NCBI GenBank assembly: GCA_964524895.1
Contig: CAZGFG010000002.1
Location: 41,284 to 105,283 of the forward strand
DNA: 64,000 bases
Source of the DNA: an uncultured Gammaproteobacteria bacterium
GTDB lineage: Bacteria > Patescibacteriota > Microgenomatia > Daviesbacterales > UBA10151
Direction: 5' to 3'
Shown here: positions 9,984-18,417 of the stretch, piece by piece
Numbering within the stretch: the stretch's first letter is position 1
Layout: each line of letters starts with the position of its first letter
The notes under the pieces: model-generated
What the model was told of the DNA's origin: nothing
Databases searched by the model: none
The model's input: only the letters and a program-made list of their open reading frames with translations
Translations under genes and position numbers: made by a program

Positions 9984-10019
9984 CATACCACATTTTGGCT
10001 ATAGCAATTTTTTGGAATA
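9984..10019. repeat. 36-bp element, copy 2 (direct repeat of 9348-9383)
   Basis: CATACCACATTTTGGCTATAGCAATTTTTTGGAATA; 28/36 identical to copy 1 without gaps; starts 3 nt after the stop codon. Confidence 0.7.
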
Positions 10020-10075
10020 TTTACTTTTTGTTTAAAAAAGTTAGGGAAAGAGCTTGATCAGGATTCTCTGCTGTT

Positions 10076-11254
10076 TTAGAGGATGTGCCAATACAGAGTA
10101 ACTATTCCATTTTCGTGGTCTATAATTACTCCCTTGCCAATTGGGGAACCTCCGGAGAAGTTAAAGCTGCACGGTGCTGAAGTAGTATAGGCAATACCTT
10201 TTTCTGCTGCCAAAATTGTACGACCAACTCCTTCATATGATTTTGGGGCAATATCTAGGCCGGTGTGGGCAGAAGGAAATCCAAATACTCCATAGACTTC
10301 TCCGTATTCCGTAGTGATAGTTGTTTCTCCCGGGTAGCCTCTTATAGGAGATCCCAATCTTCCGTTATCCAGATAGTTATGTGGATTGATCCTGTTCCCA
10401 ACAATTCTGCCTCCTTCCACTTTGGCATTTTCAAATACTTCAAAGTGAAGATGAGGACCTGTTGAGCATCCGGTACTTCCCATAGCCGCTATAGCATCCC
10501 CTTTACTGACCGGTCCTATTTTAGCTCCAACATTAGAAATAGCCTGGCTAATAGAGTTAATTTCCGCCTGAAGTTGGGCAATTAAACCTTGGTAATGTGC
10601 TTCGTCATTTTGGGTAACCCTTAAAAGTTCATCCTTATCTTTCTTCTGTTGGGTTAGTTGCACTTGGTAGTTTTCTAAATCTTTGTTTAATTTTTCCGCC
10701 TCTGTCTGTTTTATTTCCTTATCCTGTTTCTGGTCGTGGTAAGCTGCTTTGGTTGCTTGCAGTTGGTAAAGCACTTTTTTATCATTGGCTTGGGCAACTT
10801 GGATATATTTCAACCGTTCCACCATATCGGCAAACCCGTGTGAAGAAAACAGCAAGTCAATTGTCCCCATGGAGCTATATTTATAGGTTTGCACTATCCG
10901 CTTAAGCAATACTTCTGAAATACTGTCTACTGTAGATGATAGCCTGTCAATCCTGCCGGATAGATCGGTAATTTCTCTTTTTAATTTTTCAATTTTTAAA
11001 TTTGTTTCCTCAATTTTTAATTGGGTAATTTTAGTTTGTCCATCAATTATGGAAAGTTGGGACTTAAGGGTTTTTTCCTGGCTCCTGGCCCCTGATAATT
11101 TCTGCTCCAGTTTGGCAATTTCGGCTTGTTTATCCAATAGCTGTTGAGATAACTCATCTACAGACTGCGCACTGGCTTTGATGGAAAATCCTGCAAAATA
11201 AACAAACACCAAAATGGCAATACCAAGCAAGGATCGAGTAATGAGTTGTTTCAT
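10076..11254 (-). CDS. coiled-coil (PcsB/EnvC-like) M23 peptidoglycan endopeptidase, FtsEX-associated, with permuted motif order
   Basis: Signal peptide (..KASA), long coiled coil, STGPHLHFEV, HTGLD, TLYWH; directly downstream of ftsX; ATG 11254 preferred as start. Confidence 0.85.
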   Translation of the reverse strand: MKQLITRSLLGIAILVFVYFAGFSIKASAQSVDELSQQLLDKQAEIAKLEQKLSGARSQEKTLKSQLSIIDGQTKITQLKIEETNLKIEKLKREITDLSGRIDRLSSTVDSISEVLLKRIVQTYKYSSMGTIDLLFSSHGFADMVERLKYIQVAQANDKKVLYQLQATKAAYHDQKQDKEIKQTEAEKLNKDLENYQVQLTQQKKDKDELLRVTQNDEAHYQGLIAQLQAEINSISQAISNVGAKIGPVSKGDAIAAMGSTGCSTGPHLHFEVFENAKVEGGRIVGNRINPHNYLDNGRLGSPIRGYPGETTITTEYGEVYGVFGFPSAHTGLDIAPKSYEGVGRTILAAEKGIAYTTSAPCSFNFSGGSPIGKGVIIDHENGIVTLYWHIL

Positions 11255-11261
11255 AACCAGT

Positions 11262-12137
11262 TTAGATTTGCAGATAGCGTCTGACTGCACCTACTGATCC
11301 CAAGCCACCGATTATTGTGGCAACAACCAAGATGGAACCCAGCAAGCCCAGCATGAAAAGAGGGTCCACAGGCAGCAATTTAACTTCACCCAAATATCCA
11401 TTTAAAAATGGGGTAAAGTACCACAACATACTATACACACTTACCCAAGCACCCAGAGCTCCTACTGCACCATAAAAAATTCCCTCCAAAATAAAAGGTG
11501 TCCGGATAAAAGAGGAAGATGCACCTAGCAGCCGCATAATCTCTATTTCATTTCTCCTCAACCTGATCTTAAAACCAATTATCATAATCGTAACAAGGGT
11601 TGCAAAAAGCAGTAAAAAGCTAACGCTTGCTCCTCCGACTATCCTGATTACTCTGGTAGCAGAGGTAAGTGTTTGTATTACATCTTCCGGTACTATAACT
11701 TCCGATACAACAGGCTCTCTTTTTAACAATTCCGCTACCGGAGCAAGGTCTTCGGGGGTTTGAGTAGAAATTTCCAAAGAAGCAGGTAAGATATTGGCAG
11801 TTACAAGTTCCAATAGAGCCGGATCATTTTTATTCCGCTCACGATAAATCTTAAGTGCCTGATCTTTGGAGACAAATCTGGTAGCGGTTACCCGTCCTTC
11901 TTGAGTTAGGGCATTTTGAATAGCGGTAATATCCTGATCCGTAGTTCCGTCCTTGAAAAAGGCTATTACTTGAGGTTTGCTCTCATAATAACGCAAGATG
12001 ATTTGTGATCCGGCTGCCAAAACCAAAAATATAGTCATAGCAAAAAAAGTTAAAAACATTATCATTGAGGCCGCAATTGCCTGGAAAGGAGTACGGCGGA
12101 TATTTCTTTTGGTAAATTTAACGTAGTTTGAGAACAT
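11262..12137 (-). CDS. ftsX: cell division permease FtsX
   Basis: FVSKDQAL, N.LPASLEI, RRNEIEIMRLLGASSSFIRTPFILEG; 4-TM pattern; adjacent to ftsE. Confidence 0.93.
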   Translation of the reverse strand: MFSNYVKFTKRNIRRTPFQAIAASMIMFLTFFAMTIFLVLAAGSQIILRYYESKPQVIAFFKDGTTDQDITAIQNALTQEGRVTATRFVSKDQALKIYRERNKNDPALLELVTANILPASLEISTQTPEDLAPVAELLKREPVVSEVIVPEDVIQTLTSATRVIRIVGGASVSFLLLFATLVTIMIIGFKIRLRRNEIEIMRLLGASSSFIRTPFILEGIFYGAVGALGAWVSVYSMLWYFTPFLNGYLGEVKLLPVDPLFMLGLLGSILVVATIIGGLGSVGAVRRYLQI

Positions 12138-12140
12138 GAT

Positions 12141-12824
12141 TTAGCGTATTTCGTATCTCCCTTCTTTATTATCGCTTATAAGCTTGCCCTTTTTCAAAAA
12201 GATCACCCTCTTTTTTAAGGTATTAACTATTTCCGAATTATGAGTAGCCATTATTACCGTTGTGCCCCATGAATTGATCTCATTCAAAAGCTGGATGACT
12301 CCCCAGGCTGTTTGGGGGTCCAAATCTCCCGTAGGTTCATCTGCCAGTAATATATCCGGTTTGCCGGCAATGCTTCGGGCGATAGCTGTTCTTTGGGCTT
12401 CCCCTCCGGAAAGTTGCCTCGGAAACAAGTTTCTGCGGTCCCAGATCTCCACTAATTTTAAAGTTCTCTCCACCTCTTTATTTATTTCCTCGTCTTTTTT
12501 ACCCAACACTTCCAATGCTATAGCGACATTTTCAAAAACCGTTCTATCATCCAGCAACTTAAAGTCCTGGAAAACCATTCCTACTTTACGCCGCAATAAG
12601 GGGATTTGAGAAGGTTTGAGTTTGGCCAATTCAATATCTGCTACAACCGCACGTCCGCTAGAGGGGATGATTTCACGGGTAATGACCCGAAGCAGAGTTG
12701 ACTTACCTGCACCGGAAGGTCCTACCAAAAATACAAATTCACCCTGCTTAATCTCCAAAGAGATTGAGTCCAGGGCAAGAGAATTTGGACCAAACTTTTT
12801 GCTGACTCCGTCAAACAGAACCAT
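12141..12824 (-). CDS. ftsE: cell division ATP-binding protein FtsE
   Basis: GPSGAGKST, IPLLRRKVGMVFQDFKLL, LSGGE, LADEPTG, MATH. Confidence 0.95.
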   Translation of the reverse strand: MVLFDGVSKKFGPNSLALDSISLEIKQGEFVFLVGPSGAGKSTLLRVITREIIPSSGRAVVADIELAKLKPSQIPLLRRKVGMVFQDFKLLDDRTVFENVAIALEVLGKKDEEINKEVERTLKLVEIWDRRNLFPRQLSGGEAQRTAIARSIAGKPDILLADEPTGDLDPQTAWGVIQLLNEINSWGTTVIMATHNSEIVNTLKKRVIFLKKGKLISDNKEGRYEIR

Positions 12825-12839
12825 CGGTATAAGAAGTTA

Positions 12840-13316
12840 TTATTGAATCTCTTCAACTTTGCCTACATCCATTAACCAACCTGCTTTAAGGGCCTTCTGC
12901 GTTTCACCAAAAACCTTTACCTTTTTTCCTTCATATTGAGAAAGATCAACTACCGAAGAGGTTAAGGCTACAGGTACAGCTCCTTCCCGCTCCAATAGAT
13001 GTGTTCCTTCGGAATACTCCCCGCCTTTAGTGGGCTTTGGGGTGGGTTTAACTACACCTTCCGCAAAATCCCGAAAAGTTCGGCTGTCTTGCTGTGCTGT
13101 TTTAGGTGCTGTCAGTCCACCGACTTTGTTATCGCTTGTACCTCCGGTGGATTTGGTTGCCAGTATATATCCGGTTGCAGCCCCCAGCACTAAGCTGACT
13201 GTAACTACCCCGATCAGGATTTTGTTTAGGTTGGATGCTCCACTGAAAGAACGGGTTAACTTGGTGGCTGAAAAACCGGAATTCGTACTAGGAGCTTGTT
13301 CCTCTTTAGGATCCAT
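12840..13316 (-). CDS. hypothetical single-pass membrane protein with a small beta-rich (OB-like) C-terminal domain
   Basis: One TM helix, then GTHLL...LTSSVVDLSQYEGKKVKVFG...LMDVGKVE; co-oriented with ftsEX. Confidence 0.7.
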   Translation of the reverse strand: MDPKEEQAPSTNSGFSATKLTRSFSGASNLNKILIGVVTVSLVLGAATGYILATKSTGGTSDNKVGGLTAPKTAQQDSRTFRDFAEGVVKPTPKPTKGGEYSEGTHLLEREGAVPVALTSSVVDLSQYEGKKVKVFGETQKALKAGWLMDVGKVEEIQ

Positions 13317-13348
13317 AAAATTATATTAGCAATATATGAAACCTTTGT

Positions 13349-14425
13349 CTAGTATCGGATGCTTTTTAACTCTGCCTCAATGAATATATCTAAGTTGCCG
13401 TCTAGAACCGAGTCGGTATCGGAAGTTTCAGCCTGGGTACGCAAATCTTTTACCATATGGTAAGGATGCAGGACATATGAGCGGATCTGGTTACCCCAGG
13501 AAGCTTGGGTAAAGCCTCCTTTAATTGTTTTGGCTTGCTCTTTATGTTCTTCCTGTTGTTTTTCCCATAATTTGGCAACCAGAAGCTTCATGGCATTTTC
13601 TCGGTTTTGTAACTGCGACCTCTCTGTTTGTGCAGTAACAGTAATGCCGGAAGGGATATGTTTAAGCCTGACAGCTGTTGATACTTTATTAACATTCTGT
13701 CCTCCATGGCCACCAGACCTGAATGCTTCAAATTCAATATCAGAGTCATCAACCTCTACTTCTTGGGGATCTTCTATAACCGGTAAAACCTCTGTTAAGG
13801 CAAAGGAAGTTTGTCTTAGGTGGTCTGCATTAAAGGGTGATTGGCGCACTAACCGGTGGGTTCCCTTTTCGCCTTTAAGGTATCCATAGGCAAAAGGTTC
13901 ATGGATAATCATGGAAACAGTTTTAAAACCTGCCTCTTCTCCGGGATCTTCATTGGTAATTTCGAAATCCCAACCTTTTTTTTCAAAATAACGTTGGTAC
14001 ATCCTGGAAAGCATTCCTGCCCAATCCATTGCCTCTACCCCGCCGGTACCGGAATGCACGGAAAGGATGGCTTCACTTTCATCGTGAGGATTTGAAAGGA
14101 ACATCTTCATCTCCAGTTCGGATAGTTCTTTATCTATTTTGGTGACTTCTTGTTTTAAATCCTCTATCAGCTCTTCTTCTTTGGACATCTCAATGCAATC
14201 CTTGAGTCTTTGAACCATGCTTTCTATAGTCGAGAGCTGTTTTTGTTTGTGTGATAGCTTTCTGGTGAGCTTTTGGGCTTCTGGAGGATTATCCCAAAAA
14301 CCCGGTTTGGTAGTTTCCGACTCAAATTGGTTGATCTGTTCGCGCAGCTTTTCGGGGTCTTCATATTTAATTACTGCCGACAGCCTATTTTCTAAATCCG
14401 TTAGCTTTTCCCTGATTTCTTCCAT
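13349..14425 (-). CDS. prfB: peptide chain release factor 2
   Basis: GGQ (SGGHGGQNVNKV), SPF motif (HRLVRQSPFN), WGNQIRSYV. Single uninterrupted frame; ATG 14425 preferred. Confidence 0.96.
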   Translation of the reverse strand: MEEIREKLTDLENRLSAVIKYEDPEKLREQINQFESETTKPGFWDNPPEAQKLTRKLSHKQKQLSTIESMVQRLKDCIEMSKEEELIEDLKQEVTKIDKELSELEMKMFLSNPHDESEAILSVHSGTGGVEAMDWAGMLSRMYQRYFEKKGWDFEITNEDPGEEAGFKTVSMIIHEPFAYGYLKGEKGTHRLVRQSPFNADHLRQTSFALTEVLPVIEDPQEVEVDDSDIEFEAFRSGGHGGQNVNKVSTAVRLKHIPSGITVTAQTERSQLQNRENAMKLLVAKLWEKQQEEHKEQAKTIKGGFTQASWGNQIRSYVLHPYHMVKDLRTQAETSDTDSVLDGNLDIFIEAELKSIRY

Positions 14426-14431
14426 GGGCAA

Positions 14432-14440
14432 ATTATATCA
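14432..14440 (-). promoter_or_regulatory. extended -10 promoter (TGaTATAAT), probable leaderless prfB transcript
   Basis: Perfect TG-n-TATAAT 6 nt upstream of the ATG at 14425. Confidence 0.65.
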
Positions 14441-14475
14441 GTTTTAAGCGATCTTTATGCTAAAATTACTGTGAT

Positions 14476-14778
14476 ATGGTCATTGCAATAGACACAAAAG
14501 AGCGAAATTTAATAAAAGTTTGGCTGAAACAGGGGGGAAAAGTAACCGATTCCTTGGTTGAGAAAAACGAATATGGCTCCCAGGTCCTCTTGCCGCTTAT
14601 AGATAAAATACTTAAAAAAAATAACTTAAGCTATGAAGATTTAGAAAGTTTAGAGGTTGAAATTGGGCCCGGGTCATTTACCGGGCTAAAGGTTGGAACT
14701 TCTATAGCAAATGCGCTAGGTTTTGCTTTAGGGATAAAAGTTAATGGTAAAAAAATAGAGACGGATATTCACTACTAA
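14476..14778 (+). CDS. tsaB: short TsaB (YeaZ), N-terminal domain only
   Basis: IAIDT, SQVLLPLIDKIL, GPGSFTGLKVG, ANAL; only 100 aa. Confidence 0.85.
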   Translation: MVIAIDTKERNLIKVWLKQGGKVTDSLVEKNEYGSQVLLPLIDKILKKNNLSYEDLESLEVEIGPGSFTGLKVGTSIANALGFALGIKVNGKKIETDIHY

Positions 14779-14797
14779 TGCTATACTTGTAGCTGCA

Positions 14798-15670
14798 GTG
14801 AAACTGGCTAATTTTTTTCTTCCGCATCCTACTACTCACAAAAAAGCCCACTTAATTTCCTGGGAGGCACTGGTAATCTATATATTATTGTTTGTATTAC
14901 TCCAAGTAGGTTTTGCCATAGTTGGAAATATCAAACCCGGAGTTTTGGGGATTAACTCGTCAATAGATAAAGAAAAAATTATTGAATTGACTAATAAGGA
15001 GAGACAAGAAAATGGGTTAGAGCCTGTAAAGGAGAATACAGCTTTGGACAGGGCTGCGCAATTAAAAGCAGCAGACATGTTTGCTGAAAACTATTGGGCG
15101 CATTTTGCTCCTTCGGGTAAAACTCCGTGGGATTTTATCTTAGGGGCAGGTTATAAATTTACTTATGCAGGAGAAAATTTGGCCAAAAATTTTTATAACT
15201 CTGACGATGTTGTATCGGCTTGGATGGCGTCCCCAACCCACAAGGAAAATTTACTTAACAGCAAGTATGCCGATATAGGGATAGCTGTAGTAGATGGGGT
15301 ATTAAACGGCCAGAAAACTACCTTGGTAGTTCAAATGTTTGGTACAACCCAAAACATAGCTCCAGCTCCGATTGTACAGGTACAAGGAAAGCAGCTTAAT
15401 ATTACAAAGCAGGATTATGAATCTGCACCTCAATTGGTTGCTTCGATTCAGAGTAAAAAGATAGAGAAACCGCTACTTGATCCTTACCAAATTTCAAAAA
15501 TTTTAGGCTTGGGAGTAATTTTGATGATAGGTTCCCTATTGATTTTAGACTACATTATTTTACGGCGTAGGGGGATATTTAGGTTAGCATCTCACCACAT
15601 TGCCCATCTGGCTTTACTGACTCTTTCGGGAAGTGCTTTAATAGGATTCCATGTAGGCAGTATTTTATGA
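14798..15670 (+). CDS. CAP/SCP-domain membrane protein
   Basis: LTNKER..GL, L..AAQ.KA.DM...YWAH, AGENLA, WM.SPTH..NLL, IGIAV, VVQMFG; TM helices at both ends. Confidence 0.9.
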   Translation: MKLANFFLPHPTTHKKAHLISWEALVIYILLFVLLQVGFAIVGNIKPGVLGINSSIDKEKIIELTNKERQENGLEPVKENTALDRAAQLKAADMFAENYWAHFAPSGKTPWDFILGAGYKFTYAGENLAKNFYNSDDVVSAWMASPTHKENLLNSKYADIGIAVVDGVLNGQKTTLVVQMFGTTQNIAPAPIVQVQGKQLNITKQDYESAPQLVASIQSKKIEKPLLDPYQISKILGLGVILMIGSLLILDYIILRRRGIFRLASHHIAHLALLTLSGSALIGFHVGSIL

Positions 15671-15733
15671 AGTTATGATAGAATACTTATTGACTGCTCT
15701 ACTGGCTTTGATATTATTGATAGGTTTACAGAT

Positions 15734-16813
15734 ATGAAGGCAATCATTCCAACAGGTGGAAGGGGGACAAGAATGCAACCCCTAACGTTTTCTGCCAACA
15801 AACACTTTATTCCTGTGGCCAATAAACCCCTTATTTTCTATCCTATCGAAACTGTGGTATCGGCCGGAATTACCGACATAGGTATTACTTATAATGCCGG
15901 TTTTTTAGACCAGGTACAATCCATTTTGGGTACCGGCGAGAAATGGGGCGCTCATTTTAGTTATATTTTGCAAGAAAAACCTGCCGGGATTGCTAATATA
16001 ATAGAGGTAGCTGAAGAGTTTGTTGGGGCTGATCAGTTTTTATTGCACCTGGCTGATAATATTTTTGTAGATGGGATTGAGGAGTTAGTCAATCATTTCA
16101 CTAAAGAAAAACCTCATGGTTTGGTACCGATGGTTCACCACAAAGAAAACACCAGGTTGGGAGTACCTTATTTTGATGATAATGGAAGGCTAATAAAATA
16201 TGTAGAAAAACCTACCAATCCTCCCCATGATTTCGCCATCCCGGGACTTTACTTTTTTGATCCAATTGTTTTCCAAAGTTTTAAAGGGGAAGATAGGATT
16301 AAACCGTCCGAGCGGGGAGAATACGAGATCAGTGCTCCGTACCAGTGGTTGCTGGATCATAATTATCGTGTTGACGTATTGGAATATAAAGGTAAGTGGT
16401 TGGATCCGGGCAAATTTAATGATTGGATAGAAGCAAACCAATATCTTTTGGATAAACGTTTAGTAGAGAATGTGGAGGGGGAGATAGACGAAGTTTCTCA
16501 AATTGAAAATCGGGTAAGTATAGGTAAGGGGACTAAAATAACCAATTCGCGAATTAGGGGACCGGTGGCCATCGGTGAGAATGTTAGAATCGAAAACTCT
16601 TTCATTGGACCCTATACTTCCATAAGTGATAGATGTGAAGTTGAGGGGAGCCATATAGAAAACAGTGTTTTGATGTCGGGGGTCAGAATTATAAATATTA
16701 AGAAACCGATTGATCAAAGTCTGATTGGTCCCGGAAGTGAGATTAAGAATGATTTGGGTCCTACAGATACAATGAGTTTGTTTATAGGAGAAAAATGCCA
16801 AATACAAATTTAG
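15734..16813 (+). CDS. rmlA: glucose-1-phosphate thymidylyltransferase, long form with hexapeptide tail
   Basis: GGRGTRMQPLT..NK..IPVANKP, EKP, KPSERGEYEI, W.D.G; adjacent to rmlBCD. Confidence 0.9.
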   Translation: MKAIIPTGGRGTRMQPLTFSANKHFIPVANKPLIFYPIETVVSAGITDIGITYNAGFLDQVQSILGTGEKWGAHFSYILQEKPAGIANIIEVAEEFVGADQFLLHLADNIFVDGIEELVNHFTKEKPHGLVPMVHHKENTRLGVPYFDDNGRLIKYVEKPTNPPHDFAIPGLYFFDPIVFQSFKGEDRIKPSERGEYEISAPYQWLLDHNYRVDVLEYKGKWLDPGKFNDWIEANQYLLDKRLVENVEGEIDEVSQIENRVSIGKGTKITNSRIRGPVAIGENVRIENSFIGPYTSISDRCEVEGSHIENSVLMSGVRIINIKKPIDQSLIGPGSEIKNDLGPTDTMSLFIGEKCQIQI

Positions 16814-16835
16814 AATTCAGAATTCATAATTAAGA

Positions 16836-17846
16836 ATGAAAAAAATATTAGTTACCGGCGGAGCCGGGTTCATCGGGTCAAATTTTATCCACTACTGGCT
16901 TAAGAATCATTCGGATGATGAGATAGTTAACCTGGATTGCTTGACTTATGCCGGGCATCTGGAAAGCCTTAAGGATGTAGAAAATAACTCTCATTACAGT
17001 TTTATCAAAGGTGATATTACCAGTGAAGAGGATGTAGAAAAGGCGATGGCAGGGGTAGATATCGTAGTCCACTTTGCTGCCCTTTCACACAATGACCGGG
17101 CCAACCTGGAACCGTTGACTGCTGTTAAAACCAATGTTTTGGGTACAGCAATATTACTAAACTCGGCTCTCAAACATAAGGTGCAAAGGTTCCACCATGT
17201 TTCAACAGATGAGGTATACGGACACTTAGGAACTGACGACCCACCTTTTACTGATAAAACTCCCTATAATCCGAGAGCGCCATATCCTGCATCAAAAGCC
17301 GGTTCGGATCATTTAGTTAGGGCTTTTTTTACAACCTATAACCTGCCCATTACTATTACCAATTGCGCCAATAATTACGGTCCTTACCATGACCCTGAAA
17401 AGCTTATTCCGAGATTTATAACTAACTTGTTGGAAGGACAAAAAGTACCGGTAATGGGAAAGGGGGAAAATATTCGGGAATGGCTGCATGTTGAGGATCA
17501 TGCCCGGGCTATTGATATTGTTTTGCAGAAAGGAAATCTGGGGGAAACTTATTTAGTTCAAGGAGAGGAAAGGACAAATATCCAGGTAACTTTAAAACTG
17601 CTGGAGATATTAGGCAAGGATGAATCTTTTATAGAATACATTCCCGATAGGTTAGGCCATGATTTTAGATATGCCAATGATGGGACTAAAATTAAACAAT
17701 TGGGATGGGAAAGGGAGCATGATTTTGAGGAGTGGTTGGAGAAAACGGTCCAGTGGTACAAGGAAAACGAGTGGTGGTGGAAACCGTTAAAGCAAAACCG
17801 CCCGGATATAGATCCGGAAGCTCAAAAAAGAATGCAACATCACTAA
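16836..17846 (+). CDS. rmlB: dTDP-glucose 4,6-dehydratase
   Basis: TGGAGFIGSNF, LTYAG, HVSTDEVYG, Y.ASKA, NNYGP..PEKLIP, DRLGHDFRY. Confidence 0.95.
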   Translation: MKKILVTGGAGFIGSNFIHYWLKNHSDDEIVNLDCLTYAGHLESLKDVENNSHYSFIKGDITSEEDVEKAMAGVDIVVHFAALSHNDRANLEPLTAVKTNVLGTAILLNSALKHKVQRFHHVSTDEVYGHLGTDDPPFTDKTPYNPRAPYPASKAGSDHLVRAFFTTYNLPITITNCANNYGPYHDPEKLIPRFITNLLEGQKVPVMGKGENIREWLHVEDHARAIDIVLQKGNLGETYLVQGEERTNIQVTLKLLEILGKDESFIEYIPDRLGHDFRYANDGTKIKQLGWEREHDFEEWLEKTVQWYKENEWWWKPLKQNRPDIDPEAQKRMQHH

Positions 17847-17850
17847 ATTT

Positions 17851-18417
17851 ATGTCAAATAATCAATTTGTTAAGACTACATCAATTCCGGGACTTTTAAT
17901 TTTCGAAAGGCCTACCTTTGAAGATGAACGGGGGTTTTTCCGTGAGGTTTTTCACTTAGACGAACTGGAAGAAGCAATAGGTGGGGAATTTAAACCGGTA
18001 CAGATGAATCACTCTAAATCGTTCCCACGAGTTTTGCGGGCACTTCATGCCGAAAATTGGAATAAGCTGATATATCCCATCGGCGGAGAGATGTTTTCGG
18101 TTGTAGTTGATATCAGACCGGATTCGGAAACCTTCTTAAAGGTGGAACAATTTACATTTTCCGATAAAGATAAAAAAGCTCTATATATTCCTGCAGGGTT
18201 GGCAAATTCGATATGTGTGACAGGGACACAACCGGTGGATTATATATATTTGGTAGATAAATATTATGATGGCACGGATACCAGAGCGATTGCCTACGAT
18301 GACCCGGACTTAAATATTGATTGGCCGATAAAAGATCCGATACTCTCCGAAAGGGATAAAAATAATCCTAATTTAAAAGACCTTTTCCCGGAGAAATTCC
18401 AAAAAGATGTCAGCTAA
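17851..18417 (+). CDS. rmlC: dTDP-4-dehydrorhamnose 3,5-epimerase
   Basis: FEDERGFF.E, VQMNHS.S..VLR.LH, VDIRPDSETF, YDDPDLNIDWP, LSERD. Confidence 0.93.
   Translation: MSNNQFVKTTSIPGLLIFERPTFEDERGFFREVFHLDELEEAIGGEFKPVQMNHSKSFPRVLRALHAENWNKLIYPIGGEMFSVVVDIRPDSETFLKVEQFTFSDKDKKALYIPAGLANSICVTGTQPVDYIYLVDKYYDGTDTRAIAYDDPDLNIDWPIKDPILSERDKNNPNLKDLFPEKFQKDVS

Noticed and set aside
9300-10075. CRISPR-Cas locus suggested by the Cas2-like domain and 36-bp repeats
   Set aside because: Only two repeat copies, separated by a whole gene; no spacer array, cas1 or effector genes in the window.
16811-16835. Short AGAATTC-AGAATTC-ATAATTA heptamer run between rmlA and rmlB (and GTTTAATCT x2 near 20316)
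   Set aside because: Only two exact units in AT-rich DNA; too short to support a function.
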